Of a stretch of 64,000 nucleotides of DNA, positions 38,291 through 46,271 are shown piece by piece; position 1 is the first letter of the stretch, and each line of letters opens with the position of its first letter. The notes under the pieces were generated by a model. It ran no database searches. It saw only the letters and a program-made list of their open reading frames with translations, and had not been told where the DNA came from. The DNA lies in IMG/VR virus record IMGVR_UViG_3300029787_000003, positions 37,218 to 101,217 of that record; one strand, written 5' to 3'. The position numbers were made by a program, and so were the translations under genes. The DNA is from a virus.

Positions 38291-38498
38291 TACAGTAAAA
38301 GCATCCCTAACTGATGCACAAGAAGATTTAAGAAATGCACTTGCGTATGCAGCTAGAACTGAAAAACCATTTGTAAGTAAGCACATAGCAGCCTTACTTG
38401 CTGATATAGAGAACCTTATAGATGCTAGTGATGTAATTGATAGCATCGAGAATAGGAAACTAGGAGATAGTGGACTATTTGGTACATTTTATGACTAA
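38277..38498 (+). CDS. Hypothetical protein, 73 aa
   Basis: LRNALAYAARTEKP helical pattern. Confidence 0.65.
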   Translation: MALSDTVKASLTDAQEDLRNALAYAARTEKPFVSKHIAALLADIENLIDASDVIDSIENRKLGDSGLFGTFYD

Positions 38499-38574
38499 AT
38501 TATAAAGGGATTATAAAATTTATAACTACTTTATATAACCTATGTTATAATACCAACACAAACAAGCACAGAAA

Positions 38575-38790
38575 ATGGTCAATTTAGACGAAAGATACCA
38601 CGATTACCTTATTAATGGTAAACTTATAAGGATGGATGGTGTAAGCGAAAAATTGATCGGTTATGGTTGGCATTGTGATGGAAACGAGATAAAAGGTTAC
38701 TATCTTACTACAGAGAACCATAAATTATATTATAATACAAACCAAGTATATCAGTACAAAGAAACACTTAAGGAGAAAGTTAATGTCTAA
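38575..38790 (+). CDS. Hypothetical protein, 71 aa
   Basis: LDERYHDY...GYGWHCDG; TATAAT at 38546. Confidence 0.65.
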   Translation: MVNLDERYHDYLINGKLIRMDGVSEKLIGYGWHCDGNEIKGYYLTTENHKLYYNTNQVYQYKETLKEKVNV

Positions 38791-39049
38791 AATGAAACAT
38801 GATTTAGACCATGAAGTATATCTTGATCCTAAGGATCATAAGGAACATATTAATCATGGTATGTTAGAGTATAAAGAATCAGAACTTGAAGAAGTTCATG
38901 CAGATTATGAATACTCTCATAAAGACGAAGTAGTAGAGCCGAATGAAGGTAAGATTAATGATTGGCACACAAGACACGAGGATAAGCATTTAGAAATATA
39001 TTGTGATAACCACCCTGACGCATTTGAATGTCGAGTATATGACGATTAA
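38783..39049 (+). CDS. cp12: CP12 Calvin-cycle inhibitor
   Basis: C-terminal YCDNHPDAFECRVYDD signature. Confidence 0.92.
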   Translation: MSKMKHDLDHEVYLDPKDHKEHINHGMLEYKESELEEVHADYEYSHKDEVVEPNEGKINDWHTRHEDKHLEIYCDNHPDAFECRVYDD

Positions 39050-39070
39050 TTAACCAATATAAATTATATT

Positions 39071-40690
39071 ATGAAAGGAATTAAAATCACAGGTGACGAT
39101 GGTAACAGAACCATTGAATATGAAATGCAAAGTGTAAAGAAGATTACTATAGTTGGTGGTGGTACTGCTGGCTGGATGACTGCTGCTTGGACTGTAAGGA
39201 GAGCAGCCGCTTTTCATCATGCTCATGTAACTTTAATTGATAAAGAAGTACCTGAGAGAATTGGAGTAGGAGAAGCAAATCTTTTAAACTTTAATAAGTT
39301 TATGCACTTTTGTGGTTTTAATGATCCTACTGCATGGATGGATTCTGTAGATGCTACTTATAAAGGTGGTATCATGTATCCTAATTGGGGTAAAGATGGT
39401 AAAACAATATTTCATCCATTTGGTCAATATCACTTCCATACTAAAGCACCTGATGGGAGTGATTTTGTAATACCCTATGGTGATGTTCTATCAGCCAATC
39501 CTGATATTGATTATGCGTCATCATTATATTTCTTTCCCTCTTTGATTAAGGATAAAGTAGAGATAAATGAACTCTCAGCATATTCTGAGCAACTAGATTG
39601 TGGTAAGTATGTTGAATTTTTAATGAAAGAGATTAAAGGTTCAAAAGGATTTACATACATAAATTCTACTGTTGAAAATATAAATTGGGATGGGGAAGAT
39701 ATAACATCACTAGACTTGGCTGATGGTACTAAGAATGAAGCAGATGTATTCATTGACTGTACTGGATTCAAGAGACTGTTATCAGAGAAAAGAGAAATTG
39801 TTGATTTTAGTGGTAGATTATTTGTAAATACTGCGGTTGCTACAAGAGTACAGTATGTTGATAAGGAGAAAGAGTTGCATCCATATACAACTGCTACCTG
39901 TACTGATCATGGATGGATATGGGAAACACCATTGACTACTAGGATAGGAACAGGTCATGTATTTAATAGACATATTACTGACCCTGAGGATGCTAAGGAA
40001 TATTTTGTTAAGCATTGGGATAATAGAATTAAGAAAGAAGATTTAAGAACTATAAATTGGGATCCCTGTAGAATTAGTAAGTTTTGGGAAGGTAATGTAA
40101 TCAACATTGGTCTATCTGGTGGATTCATTGAACCATTAGAAAGTACTGGAATTGGTCTTATTATTAATGGAATAGAACTACTAGAGGATAGTCTGATTGG
40201 TGGGTGTTATGACTACATGGATAGAGACCAATATAATTTAAAGTTGATAAATGACTATGAAACTGCTGTAGATTTCATTAGTATGCACTATGACTATTCA
40301 CATATTCAGAGTCCATTTTGGGATCATGTTAGAAAGACATTTAAGAAGTCTGGATTTCAAAAGATGATGGAGAGTTCTATCTTAGATCCTGATTATCCAA
40401 CATATAAAGTATTGAGACATGGATTCTTTGGTGGTCACAACTGGGCAATTTGGTTACATCAATTAATGCAAAAAGAAGGTGGGTATCCAGCCAAGAAATA
40501 TTTTGATAATAGAAAATGGAGAAGAGAATTAATTGGAAGACTACAAGAAATGAAAAGTAATGCTAATAAAGGATTACCACATCTTAAAGCACTAGAATAT
40601 AAACCAACACTTGATGAGAGAATGATGGGTGAGGAGTCAATTAGAGCATTGGAAGAAGATAATATGAAAAGTGTTAGACAAATGGGATAG
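39071..40690 (+). CDS. Tryptophan halogenase-like flavoprotein (PrnA family)
   Basis: IVGGGTAGW, IGVGE, DATYKGGI, FIDCTGF, GWIWETPL, FIEPLESTG. Confidence 0.9.
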   Translation: MKGIKITGDDGNRTIEYEMQSVKKITIVGGGTAGWMTAAWTVRRAAAFHHAHVTLIDKEVPERIGVGEANLLNFNKFMHFCGFNDPTAWMDSVDATYKGGIMYPNWGKDGKTIFHPFGQYHFHTKAPDGSDFVIPYGDVLSANPDIDYASSLYFFPSLIKDKVEINELSAYSEQLDCGKYVEFLMKEIKGSKGFTYINSTVENINWDGEDITSLDLADGTKNEADVFIDCTGFKRLLSEKREIVDFSGRLFVNTAVATRVQYVDKEKELHPYTTATCTDHGWIWETPLTTRIGTGHVFNRHITDPEDAKEYFVKHWDNRIKKEDLRTINWDPCRISKFWEGNVINIGLSGGFIEPLESTGIGLIINGIELLEDSLIGGCYDYMDRDQYNLKLINDYETAVDFISMHYDYSHIQSPFWDHVRKTFKKSGFQKMMESSILDPDYPTYKVLRHGFFGGHNWAIWLHQLMQKEGGYPAKKYFDNRKWRRELIGRLQEMKSNANKGLPHLKALEYKPTLDERMMGEESIRALEEDNMKSVRQMG

Positions 40691-40709
40691 TATCTGTTAT
40701 AATGTAAGA

Positions 40710-40776
40710 GTCAGAGAAATACTGACTGCGGTAATGCCCTTTGGTAGGTTCAGCATTAGCGGCTATAGGAACCTAC
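40710..40776 (+). ncRNA. Candidate structured leader RNA: hairpin plus H-type pseudoknot
   Basis: GTCAG/CTGAC; TAATGC/GCATTA; GTAGGTTC/GAACCTAC; TATAAT at 40698. Confidence 0.5.
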
Positions 40777-40798
40777 ACTCATTAAGTACCATACCACT

Positions 40799-41770
40799 AT
40801 GATCGAGATAAAGCAACAGCCTGCTGAGAAGATTGGAGATATAGAGCAAGATTTTGATTTAATATACATGGATCCACCTTTCGGATTACAACGTGAGTTT
40901 ACTATGGTCGAGAAAGATGGAGAGAAGAAGGGATTTGCTGATCAATGGGATTCATTTGATGATTACATGGTGTGGTATGCAAATATTATTATAAAATCAT
41001 ATTATAAGTTAAAGAAGGATGGATGGTTATACTTACATAATAACTTTATCAACAATGCTTTAGTATTATCTAAAGTAACTGCTGAAATTCGTAATAATTT
41101 CTATACAAATATATCATGGAAGAGATCAGGGCCTAAGAATAATATTAAGAATGGATGGGGGAATATTGTAGATTCTATCATGGTTATTCAGAAAGGCAAC
41201 CCCTATTTTGAAGTTGAATATACATCACTAGACCCAATATATGAAGCAAATAGTTTTAAAAATAAGGATGAGAATGGATTTTATGCACTAGCAAAAGTTA
41301 CAGGAGAGAAGAGCAGGCCGTGTGCTAAGTATGAGTATAAGGGTTATAACCCTGAGTATGGATTCAGAATAACACAAGAGAAACTCAAAGGACTAGACGA
41401 TCAGAACTTACTACATTATGGTAAGAATATGTTATACAAAAAGATATACTCTCATGAGTCTAAGGGAGTTCCAGTTCAGAACTTCTGGGATGATGTATAT
41501 TTTATATCGAGGAGTGAGAAGAACAAGAGAAAGTATCCTACTCAGAAACCTCTAAAACTATTAGAAAGAATAATCAAATCAAGTTGCCCACCTGACGGAT
41601 GGGTACTGGATCCTTTTTGTGGATCAGGAACAACTGCTATAGCATCTTTGAACCTTGATAGAAATTGTATCACAACTGACGTGAACCCTGACGCAATCAA
41701 GATGGCCGATGTGGCAGTAAAAGAACTGTCACAAGAGAAGTTGAATCCTCTGGTTGAGGTGCTATATTAA
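40799..41770 (+). CDS. DNA adenine methyltransferase, beta class
   Basis: YMDPPF, ISWKR, YPTQKPLKLLERII, DPFCGSGTT. Confidence 0.92.
   Translation: MIEIKQQPAEKIGDIEQDFDLIYMDPPFGLQREFTMVEKDGEKKGFADQWDSFDDYMVWYANIIIKSYYKLKKDGWLYLHNNFINNALVLSKVTAEIRNNFYTNISWKRSGPKNNIKNGWGNIVDSIMVIQKGNPYFEVEYTSLDPIYEANSFKNKDENGFYALAKVTGEKSRPCAKYEYKGYNPEYGFRITQEKLKGLDDQNLLHYGKNMLYKKIYSHESKGVPVQNFWDDVYFISRSEKNKRKYPTQKPLKLLERIIKSSCPPDGWVLDPFCGSGTTAIASLNLDRNCITTDVNPDAIKMADVAVKELSQEKLNPLVEVLY
41711..41768 (+). promoter_or_regulatory. Palindrome-box promoter module 3
   Basis: GTGGCAG-TAAAAGAA-CTGTCAC, 30 nt, TATATT; TTGAAT at 41741. Confidence 0.7.
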
Positions 41771-41772
41771 TA

Positions 41773-41858
41773 GTGGGAAACAAAACAGGCAAGGATCTAT
41801 GGTTGTCTTTGTTCAGCAAAGAAATTACGTCCTGTAAGTCCGAGTTTTTGTTTCTCGC
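41773..41858 (+). ncRNA. Candidate structured leader RNA
   Basis: Closing stem GGGAAACAAAA/TTTTGTTTCTC; internal hairpin TCTTTG-TTCAG-CAAAGA. Confidence 0.45.
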
Positions 41859-41879
41859 ACCCTAATACTGGAGCATTAC

Positions 41880-42323
41880 ATGGCCACAAGATCAAGAATT
41901 GGTTACGTCTTACCTGACGATTCAATAGTATCAGTTTACCACCATTGGGATGGATACCCTGAGTGGTTAGGTGTTACTCTTAACAGAGAATACAATACAG
42001 AAGAGAAAGTAAGAAAACTCATTGATGGTGGTAACATGAGTAATTGTTGGTCAGATAGTAAATTTAATACAGAAACAAAAGAATTTGATAAGGTAGAACC
42101 TCATGTAAATTATTATGATGGGGATGATGAGAGACCAGAAATATCAGCAACCAGACAAGAGGCTGCTGAGTTGAATTGGGATGCTGAGTTCATCTATTTC
42201 TTTATGAATGGAAATTGGGAATGTTTCTCTATAAACAACAAATTGGATAAAGAGGGTACAGTAGTAGAGTCCACCATACTACCAGTAGAAATACCAGCAG
42301 GGGATGTTGCAGATGACAGTTAA
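41880..42323 (+). CDS. Conserved phage hypothetical protein
   Basis: MATRSRIG...SVYHHWDGYPEWLG...EFIYFF. Confidence 0.75.
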   Translation: MATRSRIGYVLPDDSIVSVYHHWDGYPEWLGVTLNREYNTEEKVRKLIDGGNMSNCWSDSKFNTETKEFDKVEPHVNYYDGDDERPEISATRQEAAELNWDAEFIYFFMNGNWECFSINNKLDKEGTVVESTILPVEIPAGDVADDS

Positions 42324-42370
42324 ATAACTGTCACATCCGATATTGTACTATGATGTAAAACTGCTATAAT
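42313..42370 (+). promoter_or_regulatory. Palindrome-box promoter module 4
   Basis: ATGACAG-TTAAATAA-CTGTCAC, 30 nt, TATAAT. Confidence 0.75.
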
Positions 42371-42376
42371 ACAGTT

Positions 42377-42523
42377 GTTGAGAAGGATAAGACTTTCAAG
42401 GTTGCGTTCAGTCGCATTTAAGTCGAACTTAAGCACCTTTTCAACACCTTTTACTGGGCATTACCACCCTCAACCGAGAACGTCACAGTACGCCACCCTC
42501 AACCGAGACCATGTAAGCCCCAG
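42377..42523 (+). ncRNA. Candidate two-domain structured RNA containing a duplicated 16-mer
   Basis: GTTGAGAAGG/CCTTTTCAAC multibranch domain; CTGGGC.TTAC/GTAA.GCCCCAG stem enclosing CCACCCTCAACCGAGA x2. Confidence 0.55.
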
Positions 42524-42551
42524 ACCCTTTTGTAAACCTGACTATTTTATT

Positions 42552-42665
42552 ATGTCTCAAACTTTCGCTGAGTTCCTACTCGACAACGCATCTACAGGAA
42601 ATGAGATTCTCTCAGTTCTTGATGATATTGTAGAGGTAACTGAAACAGGAGGAACTGACCTATAG
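42552..42665 (+). CDS. Acidic micropeptide, 37 aa (MSQTFAEFLLDNAS...)
   Basis: Last 37 codons of track ORF 42375, beginning just after the RNA element. Confidence 0.55.
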   Translation: MSQTFAEFLLDNASTGNEILSVLDDIVEVTETGGTDL

Positions 42666-42722
42666 GCCAGTTAAATAAGTGGAACAAGGCCCCTACACAG
42701 GGGTCTTGTTTTCTATTATAAT
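42664..42722 (+). promoter_or_regulatory. Palindrome-box promoter module 5 with internal hairpin
   Basis: AGGCCAG-TTAAATAA-GTGGAAC, 31 nt, TATAAT; hairpin at 42683-42710. Confidence 0.7.
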
Positions 42723-42752
42723 AAGTACATAGCAAACACAAAGAGTAACTCA

Positions 42753-43277
42753 ATGACTACTTCAATTCACAGTTTTATCAAGGACAAGAAAAAGCCAGAC
42801 TATAGAGATACACTAACAACAACCAGACTATTTGTTAGAGACTACACAAAAGATTACGCAGAAGCAATTACAGAGAATTACAGAAGACAACATATAAGAT
42901 CACTCAAGCATAACGCAACACGTTATACTGCTAGTGGAGACAAATCTTTATCTGACTATGCTACTGAGCAACTTAAAGAGATTGAAGATGGAACTGCTAA
43001 ACTAATGAGATTCAAGATCTATGAAGGTAGAAAATATTATAAGATAGTTCAGCAAGACTATCGTGAAGCATCCGAGTATTACAATACAGAGGCTGGGTAT
43101 CGTGATGGTTCAGTTCATTGTTTTGTTGATAAGAAATCAGGGGATGTTTACAAGGCTGCGTCATGGAACGCACCTGCAAAGCACGTTAGATATTCATTCC
43201 AGAATACTAAACATCTAAGATTCTTACTTGACCCTAACAATGTGGGTTGGGCTGGTGGTTACTTATACATGAGGTAA
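42753..43277 (+). CDS. Conserved phage hypothetical protein
   Basis: GRKYYKIV...GSVHCFVDKKSGDVYKAASWNAPAKHVRY. Confidence 0.75.
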   Translation: MTTSIHSFIKDKKKPDYRDTLTTTRLFVRDYTKDYAEAITENYRRQHIRSLKHNATRYTASGDKSLSDYATEQLKEIEDGTAKLMRFKIYEGRKYYKIVQQDYREASEYYNTEAGYRDGSVHCFVDKKSGDVYKAASWNAPAKHVRYSFQNTKHLRFLLDPNNVGWAGGYLYMR

Positions 43278-43280
43278 TAA

Positions 43281-43471
43281 CAATGGACAAAAGTGTAGAG
43301 ATCATGAGTGAACATTATGTTCAGAGATTTAAGACCCTATTAGAGGGAGAAACATTAGATCTACAGATAAAAAGACATAGGGATGCACAATCTATTATGG
43401 AAGAATACCTATGTGGTGGAGTAGAGAATGATAGTTACAAATGGTTGCACATTAACAAATTGGAGGCTTAA
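43281..43471 (+). CDS. Hypothetical protein (MDKSVEIMSEHY...); start approximate
   Basis: GAGG Shine-Dalgarno before the ATG near 43283; same frame as track ORF 43247. Confidence 0.55.
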
Positions 43472-43474
43472 ACT

Positions 43475-43711
43475 ATGATTACAGCATTTTGGACAGGAGT
43501 TGTTGTAGCAATTCCAACTTCACTTATCACAATGAAGTTACTGAACAGTTCACTCTTTATAAGTAATACTGAATTAAGAGAAGCTAATGCAAAGATAAGT
43601 CTCATCATTAATAACCTTGATGACTTCCGAGAGGAGAGAATGAAGGATAAAATGGAGAGATTAGGCATTACAGACAAACTTGACCCCAGATTATCCACTA
43701 AAATCAAATGA
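43475..43711 (+). CDS. Small membrane-anchored protein
   Basis: Hydrophobic N-terminus followed by a coiled coil; GGAGG Shine-Dalgarno. Confidence 0.6.
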   Translation: MITAFWTGVVVAIPTSLITMKLLNSSLFISNTELREANAKISLIINNLDDFREERMKDKMERLGITDKLDPRLSTKIK

Positions 43712-43998
43712 AGCAACTAACACAACAACAACGTGATGACCTTATCACTCAGTATATTGAAATTGTAGTAGATAGTATGAGTGTTGATGAACTTGTGAAC
43801 TTAGGCATGAATAAACTACAACAAGAGTTCAATTCTTATGACTTAGATGAACTAAGGGGGAAAATAGGTCAGTATGACCCTGAGTTGTTTGATGAGTTAG
43901 TTGATAATGTACTGTACATAGACTCAAAACGCAAGCCCTTTGAACCAGTTGATAAAGTGTCCACTACACACGTACGTAAGGACTTAGACTTGCTATAA
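43708..43998 (+). CDS. Hypothetical protein
   Basis: ATGA coupling; acidic and helical. Confidence 0.6.
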   Translation: MKQLTQQQRDDLITQYIEIVVDSMSVDELVNLGMNKLQQEFNSYDLDELRGKIGQYDPELFDELVDNVLYIDSKRKPFEPVDKVSTTHVRKDLDLL

Positions 43999-43999
43999 T
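43942..43999 (+). promoter_or_regulatory. Palindrome-box promoter module 6
   Basis: GAACCAG-TTGATAAA-GTGTCCA, 30 nt, TATAAT-AAGTACATA. Confidence 0.7.
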
Positions 44000-44028
44000 A
44001 AGTACATAACAAACAAAGGAAAACTTCT

Positions 44029-44295
44029 ATGACTTCTACTACTGAAATTTGTGAATTTGTTAAGTATGTTGATTCTTTCTATGGTGTTGTTGACCCACTC
44101 TATCCTATGATGAGTAAAGAGACAGGTCAACCACTAAACACAGTTGACATTTATTGTGCTACACAGAACTATCTTGATAGGTGTGTTGACTTCTTTAAGA
44201 ATGGAATTACATGGGGTGGTGGAGACTCACTTGATAGAGAAAGAGTAAGAGATATACTTCTTGATGAGTACAACTATAAGTTTGTAGGAGAGTAA
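44029..44295 (+). CDS. Hypothetical protein
   Basis: YVDSFYG..DPLYP...WGGGDSLDRERVRD. Confidence 0.7.
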   Translation: MTSTTEICEFVKYVDSFYGVVDPLYPMMSKETGQPLNTVDIYCATQNYLDRCVDFFKNGITWGGGDSLDRERVRDILLDEYNYKFVGE

Positions 44296-44296
44296 T

Positions 44297-44476
44297 ATGA
44301 CCCAAAAGTATTACAACCTCTATGAACATATACCAGAGGATGAACATAGTCATATTTCTAATAAGATATGGGAAGCATTTGAGAGAGCTGGGATAAAGTT
44401 ATCTCAAGATGCTGAACTATCAATCAGAGTATATGATGATGAGATAATAGATGATGTAATATCTGAAGGAGTTTAA
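44297..44476 (+). CDS. Small acidic protein, 59 aa (MTQKYYNLYEHIP...)
   Basis: Hand translation; AGGAG Shine-Dalgarno. Confidence 0.6.
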   Translation: MTQKYYNLYEHIPEDEHSHISNKIWEAFERAGIKLSQDAELSIRVYDDEIIDDVISEGV

Positions 44477-44481
44477 TCAAA

Positions 44482-44616
44482 ATGAATTTAACAGAGAATG
44501 AGTACAACTTAGTTGTTTATTGCTTAGAGCAACAAATGTATGAGTTTAATAAGGATGAGCAGAATGATGCAAATAATATTGTAATTAAACTATCCAACTT
44601 AGTGGAGTCAAAGTAA
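44482..44616 (+). CDS. Small protein, 44 aa (MNLTENEYNL...)
   Basis: Hand translation; AGGAG Shine-Dalgarno. Confidence 0.55.
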   Translation: MNLTENEYNLVVYCLEQQMYEFNKDEQNDANNIVIKLSNLVESK

Positions 44617-44754
44617 ATGAAAACTATTGTATTTCTACTTACTGTTTTTGTATTAGTAACTAATACATTTAACGTGAGAACTAAAGCAAGAATATTAACG
44701 TCTAACGTATTAGACACTACTTCAAACATTATACACCCATATAGGAGTTACTAA
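44617..44754 (+). CDS. Small protein with hydrophobic N-terminus, 45 aa (MKTIVFLLTVFVLV...)
   Basis: Hand translation; TAA-ATG abutment; GGAG Shine-Dalgarno. Confidence 0.5.
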   Translation: MKTIVFLLTVFVLVTNTFNVRTKARILTSNVLDTTSNIIHPYRSY

Positions 44755-44756
44755 AA

Positions 44757-44960
44757 ATGAAAACTAATGATGACCAACTTTACTACCTATACTCAAAAAT
44801 ATATGAGATAGTAGAACTAGCAGATTTCAATATTGATGAAGAAGACTTAAAGACAGCTTGTGATGCTGTTATTGAAGACCTTGAACTTGATGAGAGATTC
44901 TACCACACTAAGGGTAAACCCCACCAATTTGATGATGAACCCACTTACGTAGTAAAATGA
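44757..44960 (+). CDS. Small acidic protein
   Basis: Track ORF; AGGAG Shine-Dalgarno. Confidence 0.6.
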   Translation: MKTNDDQLYYLYSKIYEIVELADFNIDEEDLKTACDAVIEDLELDERFYHTKGKPHQFDDEPTYVVK

Positions 44961-45166
44961 AAACAGCAACTTTTCAAGTCAGACTCGAAGCAACACCTGA
45001 TGCAGAGATCAACCCATTACACTTAGCAGAAGAGATACAGGCATATCTCAATGCTCATGTATGCACAGTAGATCAAAATACTGATGAGTTCGAAGATGTT
45101 AGAGTAATTGGGTACAAATATGAGTATGATGACTTCATACCAGTTCAAATGGACTACCCACTCTAA
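44957..45166 (+). CDS. Small hypothetical protein
   Basis: Track ORF; ATGA coupling. Confidence 0.6.
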   Translation: MKTATFQVRLEATPDAEINPLHLAEEIQAYLNAHVCTVDQNTDEFEDVRVIGYKYEYDDFIPVQMDYPL

Positions 45167-45265
45167 TTGTATCAAATGATACCAAACTGCTCCCTTGAGA
45201 ATCGCCTGTGGCTGCCCTCTAACTTCTCTCAGGTATGATAGTAAGGCCCCCAAAACACTAAAATT

Positions 45266-45580
45266 ATGTCTTTATACACAAAACACAATATTCCACTAAC
45301 AGAGTCACAAATTTCGATAATTTGTTATACTTTAGAGGATTATATGGCCAGAGGATCAGGCAATACGTCAAGTGACCCTGACTTACCTAAAGAAGTTGAT
45401 GATATCATTGAACTCTTAGAGGGAACTGTTGATAAGTATTATGAAGAGTTAGAAAAGAAGAAGGCCAAGCAACCTACTATGGAGTGGGATGATGGATTCA
45501 CTCATTATAGTGAGTGTGTGGATAAATTGGTTGATGATATGAACAGTTCAGAAAGTGTCACACCTGGCCTTACAGACTGA
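45266..45580 (+). CDS. Hypothetical acidic protein
   Basis: Track ORF; TATGAT at 45234. Confidence 0.6.
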   Translation: MSLYTKHNIPLTESQISIICYTLEDYMARGSGNTSSDPDLPKEVDDIIELLEGTVDKYYEELEKKKAKQPTMEWDDGFTHYSECVDKLVDDMNSSESVTPGLTD

Positions 45581-45598
45581 TGAGCCTTCTGTTATAAT
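45540..45598 (+). promoter_or_regulatory. Palindrome-box promoter module 7
   Basis: TGAACAG-TTCAGAAA-GTGTCAC, 31 nt, TATAAT-AAGTATATA. Confidence 0.7.
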
Positions 45599-45627
45599 AA
45601 GTATATAAACAAACAGAGGTAATCACA

Positions 45628-45867
45628 ATGAATAAGAAGTACATCGTTGAAAACCTTGAATTTGATACAAAATTCAAAACTGATAAGGAGATAGAGGATC
45701 TCAATTGGAAAAGGGATAATGCCTATGGAATTTGGGATGCAGAAGGCAGAACCGAGGATGAGAGAATTAACAATCTCTATAATAAGGTTCAAGACTATAT
45801 GGGAGTTTATCTTAAGTCTTTTGAATTCTGTAAGAATAGACCGCACCCATTAACATCATATATGTAA
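45628..45867 (+). CDS. Hypothetical protein
   Basis: Track ORF; GAGG Shine-Dalgarno. Confidence 0.65.
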   Translation: MNKKYIVENLEFDTKFKTDKEIEDLNWKRDNAYGIWDAEGRTEDERINNLYNKVQDYMGVYLKSFEFCKNRPHPLTSYM

Positions 45868-45921
45868 CTAAAGGTAAAACATCATTCGCACTTATACTCA
45901 CTATCTGTTATAATAAACATT

Positions 45922-46134
45922 ATGATAAACGATTCAATCATCACAATCAACTTGAATGATGTTGTAAGACAATTTTATCCAGGCCTGAGTGAGGATGAAG
46001 TTGCTACCATAGCATCTAAAATGAATGAATACTTTGACTATGACTCAATGTATTCAGACTTTTATGATCTAATCCCAGAATTAGCACGTAAGAGTTTCAT
46101 TAGTACGGAAGGTAAGGAGGGAGTTCTATTATGA
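45922..46134 (+). CDS. Hypothetical protein
   Basis: Track ORF; TATAAT at 45909. Confidence 0.6.
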   Translation: MINDSIITINLNDVVRQFYPGLSEDEVATIASKMNEYFDYDSMYSDFYDLIPELARKSFISTEGKEGVLL

Positions 46135-46271
46135 ATATGAACTCTAAGGAGAAATTAATTTTCATCAGTTCTTTTATTTGGTTTTTACATTGGGGATCAT
46201 GTATCATTTACAAACTTGCGGATATGGTTATAGTACAACAGCCTGTACGGATATTGTTGACTGGTTTATAA
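46131..46271 (+). CDS. Small membrane protein, 46 aa (MNMNSKEKLIFISSFIWFLHWG...)
   Basis: Hand translation; AGGAGG Shine-Dalgarno; ATGA coupling. Confidence 0.55.
   Translation: MNMNSKEKLIFISSFIWFLHWGSCIIYKLADMVIVQQPVRILLTGL

Noticed and set aside
42464-42508. Two exact 16-nt repeats as a mini CRISPR array
   Set aside because: Only two copies with a 13-nt spacer, enclosed in an RNA stem; no cas genes
40710-42523. Assignment of the candidate RNAs to hammerhead, HDV, twister, pistol, glutamine or SAM riboswitch families, or to tRNA
   Set aside because: Diagnostic cores (e.g. CUGAUGA/GAAA, GGAAGUAA, TTCGA T-loop with a cloverleaf) not found in the required arrangement
42375-42551. Track ORF 42375-42665 as a 96-aa protein
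   Set aside because: Non-ATG start at the predicted TSS, overlapping a structured RNA; only the last 37 codons from ATG 42552 look coding
45172-45239. GTATCA-AA-TGATAC palindrome and CTTGAGA/TCTCAGG stem before TATGAT
   Set aside because: Does not fit the 22-bp box or the 29-32 nt spacing; single occurrence, so not supportable
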